DNA from: Candidatus Rokuibacteriota bacterium
Lineage (GTDB): Bacteria; Methylomirabilota; Methylomirabilia; Rokubacteriales; CSP1-6
Assembly (NCBI GenBank): GCA_040902305.1
Contig: JBBDXN010000155.1
Location: 1,955 to 65,954, forward strand
Reading direction: 5' to 3'
DNA length: 64,000 nucleotides
Position 1 is the first letter of the stretch; the number at the start of each line of letters is the position of its first letter. A program made the position numbers and the translations under genes. Shown in pieces: positions 60,201-64,000 of the stretch. The notes under the pieces were generated by a model that was not told the DNA's origin, searched no databases, and was given only the letters and a program-made list of their open reading frames with translations.

Positions 60201-60286
60201 GCCGACTGGCCGCAGCCGCCGGCGGCCGCGGCGGCGCCCGTGGTGGCCACGACCTTGAAGAACGACCGGCGATCCATCACGCTCAT
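57272..60286 (-). CDS. actB: fused molybdopterin-oxidoreductase-like / 4Fe-4S ferredoxin subunit (ActB-like) with Tat signal
   Basis: Tat motif DRRSFFK, C-x2-C-x3-C-x27-C near the N-terminus, C-terminal CTGCQACVVAC, CQHCEVAPCEPVCP, CVGTRYCGNNCP, CTMCVQR. GGAGGAG SD. Confidence 0.85.
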   Translation of the reverse strand: MSVMDRRSFFKVVATTGAAAAAGGCGQSAELLIPYVIPPDNIVPGIPAYFSSVCRECPSGCGVIAKNRDGRVIKLEGNPDHPSNAGALCVLGHAGLQALYHPDRFREPVNGGKPVAWADAEKQLTDKLGALVKGRQGARIAVVSGLETGSLARLMDEWVRLLGARPRIAYEPLGYEALRASNRVAFGRDAIPDYAIGEATYVVSFGADFLETWLNREGYTADFARMHAFFQGKQGTFVHVEPRMSLTAANADEWLRNAPGTEGALALAMLKVILDEGLQAPGADLATLRAATRAADVEAAASASGIPADTIKHVARDLGRSKAGLVLGGGMAATSGTAVEALVAVNLLNAAIGAVGTRVRFGSASPFSRVSPYSDMVALTQAMAGGQIEVLVLVDVNPVYAMPPKSGFAEALGKVPLVVSLASRPNETTARAHLVLPTLHALESWGDYASQDGVLGLMQPTMGPVQIDGKPVAARATGDVFLSVGRQALGLEEGKAPLKWGSFEEFLKEEWQKTAKDHGSTVPFSEFWEAVLRRGGVWRTAAAAAVSLRPEAGRISAGPPRLEGDGSHALVVYPSGRFYDGRGADRPWLHEVPDTITQVAWDSWLEIPAETAQKMGIARGDLVKVTSPHGAIELPAYPTELVHPGVVAVAMGQGHKYAGTFAQQGNAAPGTASQAGFLNVGVNPIELLPSAPDPASGGLPLLSVKISLAKTGGRRPLAIPQAQFDQDDREIAQYVGLGAARELELRGKPPEHASHPTMYPAVKYPEYRWGMAVDVDRCTGCQACVVACQSENNVPTVGKAQVAYGRIQHWLRVERWQEGTAAKPVNMFLPMFCQHCEVAPCEPVCPVYAAYHTREGLNGQVYNRCVGTRYCGNNCPYHVRKFNWFNYTWPAPLDLQLNPDVTVRQLGVMEKCTMCVQRIEAAKGTAREAGRSVRDGDMQTACQQTCPTHAITFGNRKDGDALVSKLSHSIRGYHVLHELGTLPAVTYLKKVVRAEPAGHRKAGH

Positions 60287-60432
60287 CCACTCCTCCGCCC
60301 TACTCGGTGGCAGGCGCCGCAGCTCAGCCGGACGTGCTCCTTCAACGAGGCGTGCTGTGGATGAAGACCGGGGCGTGCCGCGTGTTTCCGGGCTCCAGCC
60401 TTGTGAACCCTATCACGTGGAAAAACCGGGTG
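60283..60432 (-). pseudogene. possible relic of the 3' end of a multiheme cytochrome c gene (actA)
   Basis: The stop-free frame ending in TGA, which overlaps the actB ATG, reads ...VHKAGARKHAARPGLHPQHASLKEHVRLSCGACHRVGRRSG*. CGACH lies at 60307-60321. Only an internal TTG could start it, there is no SD, and in-frame stops lie at 60433 and 60442. Confidence 0.3.
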
Positions 60433-60445
60433 TCAATAAGCTTAC

Positions 60446-60495
60446 GCTTGGCGAGGTGCAGCCGAAGGCGAGCCGAGCGAATACGAGAACAGAAG
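60446..60495. repeat. inverted-orientation copy of the interspersed core motif, in the hemL-actB gap
   Basis: GGCGAGGTGCAGCCGAAGGCGAGCCGAGCGAATACGA is the reverse complement of TCGTATTCGCTCGGCTCGCCTTCGGCTGCACCTCGCC. Compare 43110-43149 and 49436-49475. Confidence 0.9.
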
Positions 60496-60550
60496 CTCAG
60501 GGCAGACAGCCCACGCGGGCCATCGCCGTCGTAGATCTCCGCCAACCCGC

Positions 60551-61831
60551 CTAGCGCGCCTTCTCCATCGCGCTCCGGCAGGCGCCCGCCGCAGCGGCAA
60601 GGTCCTCGTCGGAGTGCGCCAGCGAGACGAAGGCCGCCTCGAACTGGGAGGGAGCCAGGAACACCCCGCCCTCCCGCATCGCATGAAAGTACCGGGCATA
60701 GCGCGCGGTGTCGGCGCGCTTCGCGGAGGCGTAGTCGGTGACGGGGCCGTCCGTGAAGAAGACGGTGAGCATCGAGCCGACCCGGTTCACCCGCACCGGC
60801 ACTCCCGCCGCAGCCGCGGCCTCGGTCACGTCGCGCTCCACCCGCGCGCCCAGCGCCTCGAGCCGCTCGTACACGCCCGGGCGCTCGAGCGCGCGGAGCG
60901 TGGCGAGGCCCGCGGCCACCGCGAGCGGATTGCCGGAGAGGGTGCCGGCCTGGTAGATGCCCCCGAGCGGCGACACGCCCTCCATCAGGGCACGCGATCC
61001 GCCGTAGGCTCCGACCGGCAGGCCTCCGCCGATGATCTTGCCGAGACACGTGAGATCCGGCCGCACCCCGTAGAGGGCCTGCGCCCCGCCCCGCGCCACC
61101 CGGAACCCGGTGATGACCTCGTCGAAGATCAGGAGGCTGCCGTGGCGCGTGGTGAGGTCGCGCAGTCCGGCGAGGAAGCCCGGCGCCGGCGGCACCACGC
61201 CCATGTTGCCGGCCACCGGCTCCACGATCACCGCGGCGACCTGGCCGACGTGCGCCTCGAGCTGACCGCGCACCGCGCCCAGATCGTTGAACGGCACCGT
61301 GAGGGTCAGCGCGGCGAGCGCGGGCGGCACGCCCAGGCTGTCGGGCACGCCGAAGGTGGCGCCGCCCGAGCCCGCCTTCACGAGGAGACTGTCCGCGTGG
61401 CCGTGATAACAGCCGTCGAACTTGATGAGGAAGTCGCGCCCGGTCGCGCCGCGGGCCGCCCGCAGCGCGCTCATGGCCGCTTCCGTCCCCGAGGACACCA
61501 GCCGCACCATCTCCATGCTGGGCACCGCGCGGACGATCAGCTCGGCCATCTCCACCTCGCCCGCGGTGGGCGCGCCGTAGCTGGTGCCCCGTCGGACGGC
61601 CAGGGTCACCGCCTCGACCACCGGGGCCGCGGCGTGGCCCAGGATCAGCGGTCCCCACGAGCCCAGGAAGTCGAGGTAGGAGCGGCCGTCCACGTCCACG
61701 AGCCGCGCGCCCTCGGCGTACGCCACGAAGAAGGGCGTGCCGCCCACGCCGCGGAACGCGCGGACGGGGCTGTTGACGCCCCCGGGCATGAGGCGCCGCG
61801 CGGCCTCGAAGAGCGCGTCGGATGAGGTCAC
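60551..61831 (-). CDS. hemL: glutamate-1-semialdehyde 2,1-aminomutase
   Basis: LMPGGVNSPVRAF, SGTEAAMSALRAARG, FDEVITGFR, CLGKIIGGG (PLP Lys). GTG 61831. Confidence 0.95.
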   Translation of the reverse strand: MTSSDALFEAARRLMPGGVNSPVRAFRGVGGTPFFVAYAEGARLVDVDGRSYLDFLGSWGPLILGHAAAPVVEAVTLAVRRGTSYGAPTAGEVEMAELIVRAVPSMEMVRLVSSGTEAAMSALRAARGATGRDFLIKFDGCYHGHADSLLVKAGSGGATFGVPDSLGVPPALAALTLTVPFNDLGAVRGQLEAHVGQVAAVIVEPVAGNMGVVPPAPGFLAGLRDLTTRHGSLLIFDEVITGFRVARGGAQALYGVRPDLTCLGKIIGGGLPVGAYGGSRALMEGVSPLGGIYQAGTLSGNPLAVAAGLATLRALERPGVYERLEALGARVERDVTEAAAAAGVPVRVNRVGSMLTVFFTDGPVTDYASAKRADTARYARYFHAMREGGVFLAPSQFEAAFVSLAHSDEDLAAAAGACRSAMEKAR

Positions 61832-61835
61832 GCGG

Positions 61836-62297
61836 TCAACGCTTCGTGAGCTCGGTGGGCACGAAATCGCGGACGGAGGCGTCCCACACGAAGGCCGCCG
61901 CATCGGCGACGCGCCCCTGGACCACCGACAGCACCACGTAGACCGCGTCCGGATACGCGGGCTCGCCGTTGATCAGCGCGTTCTGCCGGTCGGTGGCGGA
62001 GAAGTACGCGCCGGTGTCCACGTGCGAGTGATAGATGGTGGCGACCCGGTAGCCCTCGGCCTCGCGCCGGCCGATCGCGAGGAGATCTTTCGGATCGATG
62101 AAGTAGGCGGTACGGGAATCGCGCGGGTGCCGCTCGCGGTCCTTGGCGTGGAGCTCGTCCTGGATGTTCCGGCACGGCATCAGGAAGCGGTCGGGCCCGG
62201 ACGTGCCGCGGGCCAGCAGCACCCCGCAGCACTCCGACGGATACTCGGCCTCGGCCTGCGCGTGCACGCGGTCGAGCTCCTCGGCGGTCAGGATCAT
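61836..62297 (-). CDS. mec: JAMM/MPN+ metalloprotease (Mec-like)
   Basis: E..ECCG and YHSHVDTGAYFSATD (HxH-x7-S-x2-D JAMM motif). 153 aa. Confidence 0.85.
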   Translation of the reverse strand: MILTAEELDRVHAQAEAEYPSECCGVLLARGTSGPDRFLMPCRNIQDELHAKDRERHPRDSRTAYFIDPKDLLAIGRREAEGYRVATIYHSHVDTGAYFSATDRQNALINGEPAYPDAVYVVLSVVQGRVADAAAFVWDASVRDFVPTELTKR

Positions 62298-62307
62298 CCT
62301 GCCGCGA

Positions 62308-62631
62308 TCATCTTCGGCCGCCCGCGAGGGCTGGCCCGCCGCCCGCGAGGGCTGGCCCGCCGCCCGCGAGGGCTGGAATGATCGAGACCTCGTCGCCGTC
62401 CTTGAGCGTGGTCTCGAGCCCCTGCAGCGCCTCGATGGCCTCGTTGTTCACGTAGATGTTGACGTGGTGGTGCACCTCGCCCTGGTCGTTGCGCACCAGC
62501 CCCTTCAGCGCGCCGAACTGATCTTCCAGCTCGTCGAGCATGCCCTTCACGTCGGGCGCCTCGACGGCGACGCGATCCGCGTTCTTGGTCGCGCGGCGGA
62601 ACGGCGTCGGGATGTAGACCTGAACACTCAT
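62308..62631 (-). CDS. cysO: MoaD/ThiS-family sulfur carrier protein, CysO-like, with repeat-encoded C-terminal extension
   Basis: HHHVNIYVNNE and DGDEVSIIPALAGG match the CysO beta-grasp C-terminus. They are followed by GPALAGGGPALAGGRR before the stop. Confidence 0.85.
   Translation of the reverse strand: MSVQVYIPTPFRRATKNADRVAVEAPDVKGMLDELEDQFGALKGLVRNDQGEVHHHVNIYVNNEAIEALQGLETTLKDGDEVSIIPALAGGGPALAGGGPALAGGRR
62317..62376. repeat. 21-bp perfect tandem repeat x2.9 at the 3' end of cysO
   Basis: GCCGCCCGCGAGGGCTGGCCC at 62317, 62338 and 62359 (last copy 18 nt). Confidence 0.95.
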
Positions 62632-62641
62632 GGCCGCTCTC

Positions 62642-63589
62642 CTAGAAGGTGACGCTCAGATAGCGCTCCCCAGTATCGCATAGCACCGTGACCACCACCT
62701 GGTCCGCGGGCAGCGTCTCCGCGACCTGGCAGGCCGCCCACACGTTGGCGCCGGACGAGATGCCCACCAGGAGCCCCTCCTCGCGGGCGAGCCGCCGGGC
62801 CATCGTCGTCGCGTCCTCGTCGCGCACCTGTACGATGTCGTCGAGCACGGAACGATTCAGGATGCCCGGCACGAACGACGCGCCGATGCCCTGGATGCCG
62901 TGCGGCCGGAAGCGGCCCCCCGAGAGCACCGGCGAGCGGGCCGGCTCCACCCCGACCACCCGCACCGCGGGAAGCCGCTCCTTCAGCACCTCGCCGACCC
63001 CGGTCACGGTGCCGCCGGTGCCGACGGCCGCGACGAAAACATGGAGGCGCTCGTCCGTCGCGTCCAGGATCTCGAGCGCGGTGGTGCGGCGGTGGACCTC
63101 CGGATTCGCCGGGTTCTCGAACTGCAAGGGCATGAAGTAGTCGGGATGCTCGCGGCAGATCTCCTGCGCCGCGAAGACCGCTCCGGTCATGCCCTCCATC
63201 GCGGGGGTCAAGTGGATCTCGGCTCCGTAGCGCGCGAGCAGGCGCTGCCGCTCCACGCTCATGTCGTCGGGCATGGTGAGGATCAGGCGATAGCCGCGCA
63301 CCGCGCAGACCATCGCGAGGCCGATACCGGTATTGCCGCTGGTCGGCTCCACCAGCGTCGCGCCGGCCTTGATCATCCCGCGGCGCTCCGCGTCCTCCAC
63401 CATGGCCAGCGCGATGCGGTCCTTGACGCTGCCGCCCGGGTTGAGCGATTCGAGCTTGGCCAGCACGGTGGCGCCCCCCGACTTCGGAATGCGGTTCAGG
63501 CGCACCAGGGGCGTGCCCCCCACCAGCTCCAGCACCGAACCCGCCGTCTTCGGACGGGGCGGCGCGGCCGCTCTCTTGGTCGTCGTCAT
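62642..63589 (-). CDS. cysM: cysteine synthase (CysM/CysK family PLP enzyme)
   Basis: LESLNPGGSVKDR (PLP Lys), TSGNTGIGLA, GTGGTVTG, SSGANV. ATG 63589. Confidence 0.93.
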   Translation of the reverse strand: MTTTKRAAAPPRPKTAGSVLELVGGTPLVRLNRIPKSGGATVLAKLESLNPGGSVKDRIALAMVEDAERRGMIKAGATLVEPTSGNTGIGLAMVCAVRGYRLILTMPDDMSVERQRLLARYGAEIHLTPAMEGMTGAVFAAQEICREHPDYFMPLQFENPANPEVHRRTTALEILDATDERLHVFVAAVGTGGTVTGVGEVLKERLPAVRVVGVEPARSPVLSGGRFRPHGIQGIGASFVPGILNRSVLDDIVQVRDEDATTMARRLAREEGLLVGISSGANVWAACQVAETLPADQVVVTVLCDTGERYLSVTF

Positions 63590-63609
63590 GGTCGAATCCT
63601 GTCGAGTGC

Positions 63610-64000
63610 TCAGATGTGGTACATCGGGCGCGCCGAGCGGCGGCGCTCCAGGGCCCGCCCGCGCAGATCCTCGAGGGTGGTCCGGTCCACGACCGAGGCG
63701 ACCGCTTCCGCGATCTCCTGCCACAACTCGTGGAGTCCCGCCGCGTCTTCTCCGCGGCCACCGCGCCGCGCCGAGTCGGGCCCCGTCGGCGGGCCGTCGA
63801 CCGCGCGCAGCAGCGCGCCCACCGTGACCTGATCCGCGGGCCGGCTCAGGCGGTAGCCGCCCGACGATCCGCGCCGCGCGTAGAGGAACCCGGAGCGCTT
63901 GAGCTGCAGCAGCACCTGCTCCAGGTAGCGCTGGGGGATCGACTGGCGGGCCGCGATGTCCTGGATCGGCTGCAGATCCTGGCCGTCGTGCAGGGCGAGA
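63610..64000 (-). CDS. Rrf2 family transcriptional regulator (partial, N-terminus beyond right edge), Cys-less CymR-like
   Basis: QDIAARQSIPQRYLEQVLLQLKRSGFLYARRGSSGGYRL winged-helix signature. There is no cysteine in the visible C-terminal half. Confidence 0.85.
   Translation of the reverse strand, partial: LALHDGQDLQPIQDIAARQSIPQRYLEQVLLQLKRSGFLYARRGSSGGYRLSRPADQVTVGALLRAVDGPPTGPDSARRGGRGEDAAGLHELWQEIAEAVASVVDRTTLEDLRGRALERRRSARPMYHI

Noticed and set aside
60283-60342. The 19-codon TTG-initiated ORF MKEHVRLSCGACHRVGRRSG considered as a functional mini-cytochrome gene
   Set aside because: It has no Shine-Dalgarno sequence, only a weak TTG start, no signal peptide for periplasmic heme attachment, and is too short. 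It is treated as a possible actA relic instead.
57275-60364. 1029-aa ORF antisense to actB
   Set aside because: This is the same high-GC antisense artefact. It has no recognisable motifs, whereas the opposite strand encodes a Tat-signal Fe-S/molybdopterin-like protein.

Overview
High-GC (by eye about 70% G+C) bacterial chromosomal segment. It is very gene-dense: I call about 66 protein-coding genes plus 3 tRNAs, and 57 of the CDS lie on the minus strand. Functions were assigned from motifs in the supplied translations; no database search was possible.

Content is mostly housekeeping. In window order:
- IMPase, DUF2889, then a GroES-like/M20 peptidase/Memo-like/DUF1285 operon.
- TIGR02757-rmuC, nadX, mscL, trxB.
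- A long glcDEF-cupin-lutABC-DUF2203-HAD operon, then korAB and an M24 peptidase.
- A LysR regulator divergent from gltBD.
- A B12-radical-SAM/Rieske/moaA/Cld-family/lipoprotein operon, yjbQ, and tRNA-Gly/Cys/Leu.
- galT-gpsA-plsY-pgsA-comB, argGFD and argB, hslVU, xerC, topA, dprA, cpoB, yeeE, moeA.
- An alternative-complex-III-like actBCDEF cluster, hemL, and a mec-cysO-cysM cluster with a Cys-less Rrf2 regulator.

I found no transposase, phage, CRISPR, toxin-antitoxin or recognisable defence genes, and no self-contained novel gene system that I can defend. What the gene list does not explain is mainly a dense layer of short GC-rich repeats:
- Perfect or near-perfect tandem direct repeats lie in intercistronic gaps. 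Inside CDS they are always in-frame, with units of 18, 21 or 36 bp (Memo-like protein, DprA, CysO).
- A roughly 40-bp interspersed motif is shared by at least three loci.
- There is a nested palindromic REP-like element and a 37-bp perfect inverted repeat.

The most biologically pointed observations are:
- The CysO sulfur carrier has its C-terminal Gly-Gly followed by a triplicated PALAGG tail, next to a JAMM protease gene.
- The ACIII-like cluster lacks actA but keeps a CxxCH relic.
- A 60-bp AT-rich codon island sits inside glcE.
- Promoters recur with a TAGNNT -10 box, three of them 9 nt from the start codon (leaderless candidates).
- There are at least 19 four-nucleotide GTGA/ATGA stop-start overlaps.

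The many long ORFs in the track that run antisense to these genes are high-GC artefacts.
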